Shown: positions 50,693 through 63,319 of the stretch, piece after piece
How the letters are laid out: every line of letters begins with the position of its first letter
Position numbering within the stretch: position 1 is the first letter of the stretch
DNA from: Fimbriosthenelais zetlandica
Lineage: Eukaryota
Direction: 5' to 3'
NCBI GenBank assembly: GCA_977030845.1
Contig: OZ365113.1
Location: 30,938,001 to 31,002,000, forward strand
DNA length: 64,000 nt
Notes under the pieces: model-generated
Told to the model about the DNA's origin: nothing
Seen by the model: only the letters and a program-made list of their open reading frames with translations
Database searches by the model: none
Made by a program: the position numbers and the translations under genes

Positions 50693-51778
50693 ATGGAGAT
50701 TTCCAACGTATCAAGTATTTCAAATTTCACAAACGCCATCAACGCTTTTGAATTGTGGAATGAAACTGGTGATGGTGGAGTTTTAGATAATGGAACTGTC
50801 CCTTATCTCAACAGTACTGTACCAGGAGGGCGTTTTTCTATCAGTTTGCCTCCTACTTTCAAAGTTGCAATTTTTGTTTTGGCAGCCTTTGGTACTATTG
50901 GTAACCTCATGACTCTGCTGGTTCTTTCTCGACCCAAGTTTAAAGGATTCACTATTCGCATCTATTTATGTGTCTTGGCTTTAGTTGATACCCTTAACCT
51001 CTGGCTCAACAAGACTACTCTCTTGTGTCTTTTCCCTGGTTATGCTGCTGTCCCACTCAAAGGAGGGCTCTGCAGATTTTACCTTTCTTTCACTCCTGGT
51101 CTACCCACTTGCAGTTCTTGGATACTTGTCGGAGTTAGCGTTGAAAGGGCTATAGCTATCTGCCTCCCCCACAAACTTAAAGTCATATGTACTATGAGAA
51201 AGGCTGCCACTGCGACTGTATTCATTGTACTCTTTTCCTTTGGAGCTTTTCTTCATGCATTGTTCGAGCCCTCGGTTACTGATGTTAATGGATGTACTTA
51301 TAATAATCGTAATTACCATGTTTTGATGAGAACCCAGTCGATGTTGATGAGCAAGGCCGTCCCTGCTGTTCTCATTACTATCTGTAACATTGTCATCATC
51401 GGAGCACTTATTCACTCAAGGAGGATCATGTCTGGGGTAGCATCTTCTGATGCCTCTTACAAACGGAACAGGGATATCTGTATCATGCTGGTTGTCAACT
51501 CTTTTGCCTTTATGATTTTGACCCTGCCCATTGATATCTTTTCTGTCTTTGCCGTTCTCCCAATGCAGACTAAGTATCTCTATGCTTACTATGTTGGGTC
51601 CCTTGTGATTGTCAATCATGCCATCAATTTCTATCTTTATGTCCTCACTGGTTCATTATTTCGTCAGGAGCTGAAGGACATGTTATCTTGCTGTGCTGGT
51701 GAAAAGGAGGGGAGTAGAGCCAGTCCAATGAGCAGACCCTCTCCTAACACCGACATCTCAGTAGTTAGTAATGAATGA
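50693..51778 (+). CDS. Intronless class A (rhodopsin-like) GPCR, peptide-receptor/chemoreceptor-like, 361 aa
   Basis: N-glycosylated N-terminus, seven hydrophobic segments, GN in TM1, LALVD, SVERAIAI (DRY equivalent), NHAINFYLY. Confidence 0.93.
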   Translation: MEISNVSSISNFTNAINAFELWNETGDGGVLDNGTVPYLNSTVPGGRFSISLPPTFKVAIFVLAAFGTIGNLMTLLVLSRPKFKGFTIRIYLCVLALVDTLNLWLNKTTLLCLFPGYAAVPLKGGLCRFYLSFTPGLPTCSSWILVGVSVERAIAICLPHKLKVICTMRKAATATVFIVLFSFGAFLHALFEPSVTDVNGCTYNNRNYHVLMRTQSMLMSKAVPAVLITICNIVIIGALIHSRRIMSGVASSDASYKRNRDICIMLVVNSFAFMILTLPIDIFSVFAVLPMQTKYLYAYYVGSLVIVNHAINFYLYVLTGSLFRQELKDMLSCCAGEKEGSRASPMSRPSPNTDISVVSNE

Positions 51779-52684
51779 GCAACGTATAAGATGTTAGGGG
51801 ACGCCCCTGTAAGGGCTTTGCAGCAAATTGCTCTTAATATCTCTTCATGTTGTCTTTAGCTATGTCTAAATCCAAGTTCATTTTGGAAGAATCTCGCATG
51901 ATCGACGTGTGAGTTGTTTGTTGGTCAGATGTTTGTAGCTTGGTTTGATGCAATTAATTGTACATAGCCTATAGGCCTAGTTGTTCGTAGATGTGCCGGC
52001 ATCCTTTGTAATGCAACTACCTTTCGTGGGTCTAAAAATGGTTATAATTAATATGAGTAGACTAATATGATTCCAAAGAAGAAATGTTATTCTTTTGTGA
52101 ACATAAGTTTTAAAATTATTTGATCCAAAGAAATCTGCATTCGCTTGGAGTGTGCATTTCAATTGTTTAAACAGGATTATATATAGAGGTTATCGATCTT
52201 GAAATATGGATCCAGAGTTAAGAACAGTGAGCTTTCTTGTACAATACACACTCTCTTCATTGATGAGAGCCTGCAAGACAGGCTACTCGTCATCCTAGAA
52301 GAAGTCTCCTACCCTCGCCAAGAATGATTTTTCACCAAAAGCTGGCGGGATTGTCTAATCACCAGCTGTAGCTTCCTCGACCAAGGCTCAGCTTGAGCAG
52401 GACAATTGTAATTGGACTCTTTTGTCATGACATTATATAAGGTATTTGATTAGGCCTTACATCTCTGATTCAGGGTTCGCTTATGTCAAACCCGTACCAT
52501 GTGGGAATGGAAAAGGTCTCTCCAATTTCATCAGACACGCCTATGATCAAATTTTATAAATGATGGCCACATCCCTGGGTTTCTATCATTGCAGTTGGGG
52601 TTATTCCGTGAGAACGACTTGGATTCTTGGACTTCATATTCATTAAAGGATTTTAGATAGATCAAGCACATACACTCTCGAGTC

Positions 52685-53767
52685 ATGGAGATTTCCAACT
52701 TTTCAATTATTTTAGATTTCACAAACACCATCAACGCTTCTGAGTCCTGGAATGAAACTGGTGATGGTGGAGTTTTAGATAATGGAACTGTCCCTTATCT
52801 CAACAGCACTTTACCAAGAGGACGTTTTTCTATCAGTTTGCCTCCTACTTTCAAAGTTGCAATTTTTGTTTTGGCAGCAATTGGTACTATTGGTAACATC
52901 ATGACTCTGCTGGTTCTTTCTCGACCCAAGTTTAAAGGATTCACCATCCGCATTTATTTCTCTGTCTTGGCTTTCATTGATTTCCTATCTATCTGGCTCA
53001 ACAAGACTACTCTCTTCTGTCTTTTCCCTGGTTATGCTGCTGTTCCTCTCAAAGGAGGGCTCTGCAGATTTTACCTTTCCTTTTCACTTGGACTGCCCAC
53101 CTGCAGTTCTTGGATACTTGTCGGAGTTAGCATTGAAAGGGCTATTGCTATCTGCCTCCCCCACAAACTTAAAGTCATCTGTACTATGAGAAAGGCTGCC
53201 ACTGCGACTGTATTCATTGTACTCTTTTCCTTTGGAGCTTTTCTTCATACTTTCTTTGAACCCTCGGTTACTGATGTTAATGGTTGTACTTACACCGATT
53301 ACAATTATCTTGTAATAATGGGAGTTCAGTCGATGTTGATGAGCAAGGCCGTCCCTGCTGTTCTCATTACTATCTGTAACTTTGTCATCATCGGTGCACT
53401 TATTCACTCAAGGAAGATCATGTCTGGGGTAGCATCTTCTGATGCCTCTTACAAACGGAACAGGGATATCTGTATCATGCTGGTTGTCAACTCTTTTGCC
53501 TTTATGATTTTGGCCCTGCCCATTGAAATCTTTTCTATTTCTGTCATACTCCCTAAGCAGACCAAGTATCTCTATGCTTACTACATAAATTCCCTTGTGA
53601 TTGTCAATCATGCCATCAATTTCTATCTTTATGTCCTCACTGGTTCGGTCTTTCGTCAGGAGCTGAAGGACATGTTATCTTGCTGTGCTGGTGAAAAGGA
53701 GGGGAGTAGAGCCAGTCCAATGAGCAGACCCTCTCCTAACACCGACAGCTCAGTAGTTAGTCAGTGA
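52685..53767 (+). CDS. Intronless class A GPCR, recent tandem paralog, 360 aa
   Basis: Highly similar to 50693-51778; the upstream flank is also duplicated (CTCAGCTTGAGCAGGACAATTG near 50325 and 52387). Confidence 0.93.
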   Translation: MEISNFSIILDFTNTINASESWNETGDGGVLDNGTVPYLNSTLPRGRFSISLPPTFKVAIFVLAAIGTIGNIMTLLVLSRPKFKGFTIRIYFSVLAFIDFLSIWLNKTTLFCLFPGYAAVPLKGGLCRFYLSFSLGLPTCSSWILVGVSIERAIAICLPHKLKVICTMRKAATATVFIVLFSFGAFLHTFFEPSVTDVNGCTYTDYNYLVIMGVQSMLMSKAVPAVLITICNFVIIGALIHSRKIMSGVASSDASYKRNRDICIMLVVNSFAFMILALPIEIFSISVILPKQTKYLYAYYINSLVIVNHAINFYLYVLTGSVFRQELKDMLSCCAGEKEGSRASPMSRPSPNTDSSVVSQ

Positions 53768-54999
53768 TGGATGAGCAAATTTGAGATATTTGCTCTTGGT
53801 GTTTCTTCATGTTGTTTTTCACTATTTCTAAATTCATTATGAAACAATGACAATGTTGTATAGGTTCCTTTGTCGGTTTAAAAGTTGGTCACGTTTGTAG
53901 CTTTGTTTGATGGAATGAATTGTATGTTCGTATTTTTTTTGAATGATCAAAATGTCTTACATATGGGATCTTGGATAAAAGTAGGCATTGTCCAAAATTG
54001 TTTAAGTGCTTTTGGCAAAATAAGTATTTTTGTGACTAGTCATCCTTGTTAGAAGTAACCAACCATGGTTTCGCCATTTATATCCACCTATTTTTCTTTG
54101 CTACCAATGATTTCATTTAGTCTGTCTCTGGCTTTGGTTATATTGCATTCTCCAACTCTATGGAAATCCCATATGAAAGTTGTATAAAGAAAGTTATTCC
54201 TTTCATTATTATTTTGTTAATCTTACTGAAGCAGCGTCTACGCATCGATTTTAAATGGTAAGTGATAATTTACAGTGTTCATTTACTTAATTAACGTTAT
54301 GATTAAATAACTTTTTTTTAAATAATACAATGCAATGTATTGTCAGACTGCGAGTTATGATAAATTACACTCTCGTGGGAATGCTTCGTCATTGAAGGCA
54401 AAACTATGAGCAGTTAAATAGCTTTAAATACTCTGCTACATGTTATGGGGAAGTCACGCAGACATGCAAAGCGATGGTTTGTCGTTAAATTATATTTAGT
54501 ATAATTTTTTTCCATGAATTCTATTTCTCACAAATATGCTTGTCATGTGTCTACCACCTTGAAAACAATTACAATTCCCATCTCCCCATGTCATTTTACA
54601 GAGTCTGTTCTTTATATTTCCTGTATCAGTTTTGGATGCTTGGCAAGAAATGTGGAAACCACCCAGCTTTAAATTTATATCATCTGCCAGGAAAAAAAGA
54701 TGCCTAGATAAATGGGGGAAACACTGAGTGACCTCCAATTATCTCCAGTGTATTGAGAGAGGCTGTAATACATGAACTGGCTTATTTGGACTGGGTGGTG
54801 GTGGGTGGAGGAGAGGTGGAGGACTATAGGACTGCCCCAGACTCCAGAACAAAAATAACTCTGCTAAAGCTATCTAGTGCAATAGTTGGCACGGCTAGTG
54901 TCAAAACTGCACCATGATACAGTCGATATATGGGGGCAGGAGTGTGTGGACTACAATTGTGTATCACAACGAAAAAGCTACTGACAGAGGTACACCAAC

Positions 55000-56726
55000 A
55001 TGGACGATTTCTTTGAAGGTAATATTTTATTTCAATCTTTAATTTGTATATACACATGGTTACATTAAATATATCAGGTTTTCTATCAGATTTATTATGT
55101 TGTAAACTTTCACCAGAATAATCAACTGTACATATTGGTAGTAGGTCTGCTTACCTTTTGTGAATACATAATCTAATGTCCAGCATAGTTACATCTTGTA
55201 TGTGGATGTAGAGCACGTTCTGTGGTTGGCAACCAATCCAGGTTGTATATTATAACTACATTAATCTTTAGTTTGTCTATTTTTTTCTCTTGAAACTTGA
55301 AACAGTATGAAGTCAATGTTAGAACTAAATGTATATTATTTCCATTGATCTATATTATTCATGATGCCTATTATAAAGCCTAATGATGTCGCATAAAAAA
55401 ATGTACTACATTTATATAAAATGTGGTAGATATGATGTCAAAATGTACAGAAATAATTGATAATTGTTTATTTTATGTTGTAGATGATGTAGATGATGAG
55501 ATTGATGCCTTGTTTGATGAGTTTTGTGAGAGTTGGAGAGATGAAGACGTGGATGGCATGGTAGAATGCTACACAGAGGACTGCCATCTACTGGTTGCCG
55601 ACCAACAGAAAATAGTCCGAGGCACGAACCGTAAGTTCTGATCAAACATTCTACAAATCTACAAAATAAATGATCTATTTTTAAACATTTCCATTGTATT
55701 GATAATTACTTCGTAAATGTGAAGCAGGTCTAGATTTAGAGTTTTTGTTACATGAATATGGCCATATTTAATCATAATATTATATACCATGTGAATGGCC
55801 TTATATGTATAAGTGAAGAACTATTTAACAGTGAGAAAGACATTTGAGATATATGTCACACGTTTTTTAGACTCTCAGTTCAGCCTGCCCTAAATATATT
55901 GTTCACCTGTCCCTCATTACTCATACTCCTAAAATAAATGTTTGCTAACATGATCAAAAATGCTTTCTAAAGGGAAAAACTTGTCCAAAATAAAAGGAGA
56001 ATGTATGTACTCTAAACATCAGCACATTCAAATCATCATGCCTTGTCATATAATAGGAATAGCTTATATAGCCAATGTAAAACTGAAACTTTAAGCTGAA
56101 GCTGTTGTAGGACATGTTATAATGAATATGTTTGGTTTTATAACTAATTGTGTCGAGATAGGTTAGTTACAATACGTTAACAAACCATTTGTCTCAATAA
56201 CATGGGGATTCTATTGATGAATTGAAGTTCTTACATGTTCCGGAGGCATGTGCTCCTTAATCAAATGTTTATAACTTCGTTTCTCAGATCTGAGAGAAAA
56301 GTTCCAGAAGCTCTTGGAATCGTACAGAAACATAAATTTCAAGGCCAATCATAGATCCATTTCGGAGGACATTGCAACAGAGGTTGGCAAAGTGGTTTTT
56401 ATGGTCCGGGGATCGTTCGAGACAAAGACTGGCTTGTGAGTAGCGCAAGACTTTTTCTATTATGAACCATCTTAATGGGAAACATATTTATTAATGTGGC
56501 GATCATTTAAAGTACCATACCACTGTCTGTCAGTAGAACTTTCTTAGTTCTCTTTATTTTCACTTGATTCTTTTCTCATTAGTATTCGTTATTTTTAAAT
56601 TTCTATATAGCCCCATCCATTCCTATTGTAACAACGCTATAATATTGTTTTAGGTATATGGTAACAACAGTAAAAAGGCATGGCAGATGGTTCTTCTTCT
56701 ATGATGGTCACATGATGAATGTATGA
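55000..56726 (+). CDS. Small NTF2/SnoaL-fold (DUF4440-like) protein, about 128 aa, 4 exons
   Basis: Exons 55000-55018, 55484-55630, 56288-56435, 56654-56726, in frame. IDALFDEFCESWRDEDVDGMVECYTEDCHLL...VRG...GRWFFFYD matches the typical NTF2-like pattern. Confidence 0.75.
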
Positions 56727-57727
56727 CAAAAAAGACACAGAATATACCTTTGGAATCATAACAAGGATCTATATTGGGAAAACATTAACTTTTTACTGTA
56801 AACATATCTTATAAATGCTTTAGATGCAGAAAATCTTAGTTTTTGTGTCCCATGACTATTTATATATAATATGGAGTGTTTTGGTTGTGTTAATTTTAGT
56901 TCATAAATTGAAAATATCATTATATACGATTATGTAGGATGGAAACTATTTGATTATGTGGGGTTAACATCACCGTTCGCATGATATTAGTAAATATTAA
57001 AATATTTAATGTTAACTGTTAAAATATTTAATGTTAACTGTTGTTTTTTGATGTTATCACAAAGGAAACAGAAATAAATGTATTTCATTTTAATATGAGG
57101 CGACATGAATTTCAAGCATGAATTAGTCAATAGGTGGTTGGTGGTTGGTTAGTAGGCATCGACACTCTGCAGATTTAGAATATGCATAATTCCTTTGCAA
57201 TTGTGCTTTAAATTATCCTCCAATTCTGTTAAATGTTCCAAGAAATTAAAGTATTGCATATTATATATTATATACATCATTATCATTGAACATTCCTATA
57301 CTCCACTACTGATGTTCTTGGCATGCATTGGCATGTGCAGTGAGTTGAAGTTCAATTTAGGACATGAGTGAAAGCGGTGGGTATGCAACCATGCCCCCGT
57401 AAATAATAGGTGATTTGTCCTCAAATTGACCCAGATGGAAAGAACTAAACCGGGGTAGACTGTAGTACACTGACACTATTTGTGTACTTGTAAAACATAT
57501 TCCACCACCAATCATAGCTTTACTATTATCATTCTCGGAGTAGGCGGTTTATAGTCCTACTTGTTTTTTTTTCGGTCGCACCTCAGTGGGATCGACTGGT
57601 ACTCACAATTCTCGTCATACATAAGGTCTATACTTGTAAGCCTACATTGTACATCTATGTGTCTGCCATACAGAAGGCATTACATCTTACAAATCCGACA
57701 TTATTGAAAGCCAGGAGAGTATTTACC

Positions 57728-59474
57728 ATGGCAACAGTAGGAGGCGGCACCAGAGTGACATTTCCCTCTGAGCATCCCGATGGAGATGCATGGGGCTATA
57801 TGTTTGGAAACCCGTCAGTGACACCTCAGGTAGGCCTAATGTAAATTTATACAAGGTATGGTTCATGAGAAATGTAAGGCCTACCAGAATATCTATCCAG
57901 TTTGGTTACTGAGTTACTGTGAGGGAAAGGGGGGTGGGGGTCCATGCAGTGGGCCAGGGGCTGCCCCCCCCCCTACCCCCTTACCCGCCATACAATCATA
58001 CACACCCACACACTTGTTTCACAGATCTTAACAAAAATCTTTCCAAAAATCCTGGATCCGCCCCGGTTCTCAAAATTCTCACTTATTTAATTATATCCTT
58101 TACAGGGTTTACTGGTGCAGCATGAGTGGTGGGGGTTGAACCAGCAGGTTTTGGAGGATGCTGGTCTCATCTCGCGGGATGGACGGTTCACCACCCTGGT
58201 AGTGGACGTCTACCGAGGCCGGCTGACCGAGGATTATGACCAGGCTGACCGGTGGATGGCTGAGCTGGATTATGAGGCGGCTGAAAAAGACTTAACAGGC
58301 GGTATTAACTACCTACTCAAACAAGGCTGCACCAAGGTATATTGACTATAATTAATATTGACTTTTCCGGAAATTGGATGGGGTGGGTCCACCTGGAACC
58401 CCCACTCCTCTATCTGTCCCATCAATGTTCTTTTCTGATTTATGAAATATCATAGATGTGTAGAGACTACACATCTATGGATATATATATATATATGCGA
58501 TATAAATTTATCATTCTGCCCGTATCATCCTTTATTCTAACGTTACCCATATCTAATCAGTCCATGCATATTTTTTATACTACATATACCATTCCATGGA
58601 GTGTGTCTAAGTTCAACCGTATTGATTAATGTACCGGTACTAGGCCTATAATAATTGGCTATAATATCTAATGCCCTGATTACATTTACAGGTAGGCGTG
58701 ATGGGATTCTCGCTGGGTGGAGCCTTGTCCTTCCTGGCTGGTATCTTACCTAATGTGACTGCCATCGTTCCTTTCTTTGGTATGCCATACTGGAGGAAAG
58801 GCGTGGACTATGACAGGATGTGCCAAGTCAAGATCCCAATCCAGGCTCACTTTGGCCTCCATGTAAATAAACTAAATAAATAAATATGTTGGTACATGGG
58901 ATTTCCCTTCATGATAAGTGGAGTGAATTCCAAGCATAGGCAGGGTTCCCACGGAAATATGAAAATCCATAACTTTTACATGACTTTCCCAACCAAAACA
59001 TGCCGATTTCCATAAATATTTTTTCATGGGGTTTTGGGACGCAGGCTCTTGTAATTTAGACATAATTTCAATATTGATTTTCCATACCTTTCCAAAAGTT
59101 TACCACCATTTTTTCAAGGATTTTCCGGAACCCTGGGTATTGGGCTGGTTTGTAGGGGCAAGTCACATTCCTAAGATCCATATATTTCCCATTGAAACTG
59201 ACATTTTGATTTTATAACAATTAAATGAATGAATTAAATGAATTAGGCTTATCCATTTGTTTTTTTTCAGGACCCAATAAAAGGATTTTCCTCGCCAGAG
59301 GACTTCTGGTTATTGCAGGAAAAAATGGATGCCGCTGGATGTGACCTGGATATGCGGACTTATGATGCTGGCCATTCATTCACAGAGAGACATATCCCGG
59401 GCAAATTCAACAAAGAAGCCACTGAAAAGTCTTTCCAGGCCACTTTTGAGTTCTTCCGTGATAAACTGCAATAA
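57728..59474 (+). CDS. Dienelactone hydrolase family (usf-like) protein 1, about 235 aa, 4 exons
   Basis: Exons 57728-57829, 58106-58336, 58692-58862, 59271-59474. HEWWGLN, VDVYRG, VGVMGFSLGG, QAHFG, YDAGHSF. The frame stays open upstream (KALHLTNPTLLKARRVFT), so the N-terminus may be longer. Confidence 0.9.
58941..59135. mobile_element. Degenerate MITE with CAGGGTTCC termini
   Basis: CAGGGTTCCCACGGAAA.. at the left end, ..TTTTCCGGAACCCTG at the right end; no clean TSD. Confidence 0.4.
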
Positions 59475-61447
59475 TGACATTTTAATCACGACTGAAACTG
59501 GCGAAGTGAAACAGACAGGTCAGCCCTAGTGTTAAGCCATTTTAATTAGTACATCAATGTTGCCATCTTATTGCCTGGAATTCCAGACTATTATCTGCCT
59601 TAATTTTCATGTTACTCAAAAGTCAAAGAAAAGAAAGTAGAGTATGGTAGTACGGTTTGCAATAATGTACACGGAGGTTAACAGATGAAAAATTATGATA
59701 TTCATACATTCTGATCTGGGGAGACGTGCTAACATCATGCAGCTCCATTGCCAATAATATATCCTATGTCCCATTCCCCCTCTCCTAAACACCAGCTGAT
59801 GGGAAAGTTGGACATGGTCAACATGAAGTCAAAGACTCTCTACCTCCATGTTTTTTTTGTGACAGTAAATAAATATACTATACTATAGACAGGCCGCTGT
59901 CATGGCAGTCAGTCTGGGTTCTCAGATGAAATCAAAAAAGTCTTCATTAAACATTTACAAGCATTAAGGACATCTCCAAGTTCTTGTCGATCCTTCAATG
60001 AATAAACGCCTATCTGAAGGTTCTTTCATGATTTTACCTTCACGATGGAGGTGGAAATGTATTTTTCAGAAGGAACATTTATGAGAAGGTTTCGGACCGA
60101 ATGAGTAAATCCACTGTTAAGCTTGTGATAAATGTTATAAATAAATGTGATAAATTTTAATTGCCAGACTAGTAACGAATTTGCCAAGAATTCTTACAGT
60201 TGAACTCTCACAGACATGCCATTGTAACTATGACTACTGATATGTGTTCTGTCACAATCCCGGTGACAATTGTCAACTATTTCTTTAAATGAAATTTATG
60301 GAAGTCCAGCTATAACATTGGTATTATAGAGGTCCTGATCTTAATCTTAATGTGTATATACATAGGCTCAGACTACACAGGGGGTCCCTTTAATGGAATC
60401 TTACATGATTAGAATAATCTATGTGATCACGATTAGAATATATATCCCGTGGAAAATACTAAATTATGCAATCATGGCAGTTCTAAAATCCCCTTGACTC
60501 GTCCCATGGGAATATAAATATCAACTTTTTTGTAATTTAACACCCCTGGCTATAAACATATTGGTGGACTCGAACCTGGTGACTTCCCCATGACAGGACA
60601 CCTCTGTTGGCCATTTTCTAAGCTCTCCTGGTGTTAAGAATGGCCGGCAAATAGCGAGGATGTGCCATGCATCTCAAACACATGGTTTTATTCGTGAAAA
60701 GCAAACCTTTCTACATGCAACTAAACTGGTGTCCAATTGTGGTATTCAAGTTGCGCCAAGTTGTTTATTCTTGAAGGGTCTTCCTTAATGCCACAGCACT
60801 TTGCGTAGTATAAAAATGTGGTCTCCAAACAGAGCCCAATGCTTTCAATCAGCACCATTCATGTGCATCGTCCCACACAACTTTGGCCATTCAGACCCAT
60901 GTCGGTTCGAGACTTGAACAAATTTAAATGGCATGCCATCATTAAAACATCTTAGACAATGCAACATGAAGGAAATTTCAAGAATTCCTTTTCTCAAAGA
61001 TGATGTTGAATATTATAGAATAGTCAAACTTTGAAATTTGAGATTCTTTTTAATTAGAAAACAGACTCTTTGCAAAGCCAGTACCATATTTCAATTATTT
61101 CAATATGAAGGGAATTGAACATTTTTTATGTGCGGGCAAAAATTTATCTTTGAGATAGATCTTTAACAAAGATTTGAAATAGATATATACATGTACATGT
61201 AATGATGTCCAATTTGAAATAATTAAGAAGTTATTGTAAACTACTATCCCTATAATTATGATGACATGATGCTGCCCAATTTGGTGCCTCGATGCTAACA
61301 TGGGACCAATACTCGTGGACTGTAAGTGGGTAAATATATTAGGGTAATGTCCCATGGGAAACCTGTTAAACATCTTCAGGTGTCAAGAGGCGCACAAGGG
61401 GTTAGCCAAGCTATCAGTCCTAACATTGGATAACAAGACTGACCAAA

Positions 61448-63319
61448 ATGTACATCGTTACCTCTCTCTTCAAGTCCAGCTTTCATTCTGCTAATGATGC
61501 AGGGGATGCTATGGGCATTGTCTTTGAAGCGGCCACTCCATCCATGAAGGTATATCATGAATGTACTTTTCATTTTTGAATAATTTCCTTTGCTTACATA
61601 TCGTTAAATCGAATTGATGAACTCGACGACTGACCAACATTGCTCTGTTCTGTAGGCCTATTTTTACATTAATTCCAAACATCTTGGGCCTGTAAATGCA
61701 TAGATCTCTGTTCGCATCTTATTTTATTGATTTTGCTCCTATATGACTATTTGCAATAGGTTTAATGTACGTGAGTCTATAATATTCAGGCCCTTAAGGA
61801 ATCATTCTTTGGACCATGAACCAACTTTTCCCTTTAAATTCCTAGGCTACTTGATAATTAACTGTGCACATTTTGTCGAGAATCGTCGGTGGAAAATCTT
61901 CACAACTTGCAGAATGAAGACAAGAACGCAGAATGATAGTTTGAAAAATATATTTTGCAGGGTGTAGTGATAATCCCTGACCGGGGTGGACTGTCGGATC
62001 AGATGGCTGTGATCGGCTGTCAGGTGGCGAGGAAAGGTGGCTTCACTGTACTGGTGGTGGACCTATATAGAGGACAAACTCCACGCGGTGACAAGCAGGC
62101 AGCCAGGATGATGGAGAACCTGGACTGGGACGGCGCTATCCAGGATATCCACGCCGCTGTGAAACATCTCTATGAGAGAGGCTGCAGGAAGGTGAGTGGA
62201 CGTAATTTTGAAATCCCTATAGGCCTATAACATTATTTATAACACAACTTGGCTTGTTATTACACTCCCGACACGTTGATCTGGCCGTTGCGTATTCTTG
62301 ACGAAAATCACACGTGAAATCTGCATTTTTCATCTGCATTTTTCAACAGTAGTGAAATGAGGGAAGATTAATGGACATATTTCTTAGAAGTTGTGATATA
62401 AATATAGAATACAACTCGACATTTATCTGCTCTCACAGATCAACGTCTCGTTGTATTCCATATAAATATAGAAAAATTGATATTCAGGAGCCATCAGGTT
62501 CTTAACTCACCTTTATTTTGTGGCTCCGCAAACTGGTCTACAAGGCTGCCCCTTTTCAGGAATAATCATCCCACCCACCCCTGTCTAAAATTTTTCAAAA
62601 TCATGGATTCGTCCCTTTCAAGAAGTGTTTTCTGGATATATTTTTATAGATCAAAGACTATACATGCCTACTATTTTTCATTTCAGGTGGGAGTGATGGG
62701 ATTCTCTATGGGCGGTGCTCTCGCTTTCTTGGCAGGATCACTGCCCCATGTCAGTGCCGTGGTGCCCTTCTATGGCATACCTCGAGATCAGAGGTCTCTA
62801 TATAACATCAAGGTTCCGGTCCAGGGTCATTTTGGCCAGAAGGTGAGATTTTTTTCTACTAGTCAATAACATAGTGTTAAGATAGAATTAAGAACTGAGA
62901 AATTGATCCCCGATTTACAAATTCCCAACAGCCTCTGGATCGATAATATTTCGATCGCATGCCCGATTTGTAACTTCCCAGATAAATTGTGATCGAATAT
63001 CGGGATCACACAAATAGGGGTGTGGCGATTGGAGCAAACCCCTGAACAACCACAGGTTCACATGAAGGGGTTGCATGCCATGATTACTAAATTTAATACC
63101 TGTTCCCATCATGTATAGGATGATCGGAAGGGCTTCTCCTCCCCAGATGATTACTCAACCATGAAGGAGAAACTACTTGGGGCTGGTGTGGATTTAGATG
63201 TGGCGACCTATGATGCAGGCCATAATTTTGTCAATCCCACCAGTGACGACTTCAATGCTAAGGCCACTGAGGAGGCTATGACCAGGGCCTTCAAGTTTCT
63301 CAAGAAGAGCCTCTCATAA
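61448..63319 (+). CDS. Dienelactone hydrolase family protein 2 (tandem paralog), about 229 aa, 4 exons
   Basis: Exons 61448-61549, 61961-62191, 62687-62842, 63119-63319; same phase-0 intron positions as paralog 1. VDLYRG, VGVMGFSMGG, QGHFG, YDAGHNF. Confidence 0.88.
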
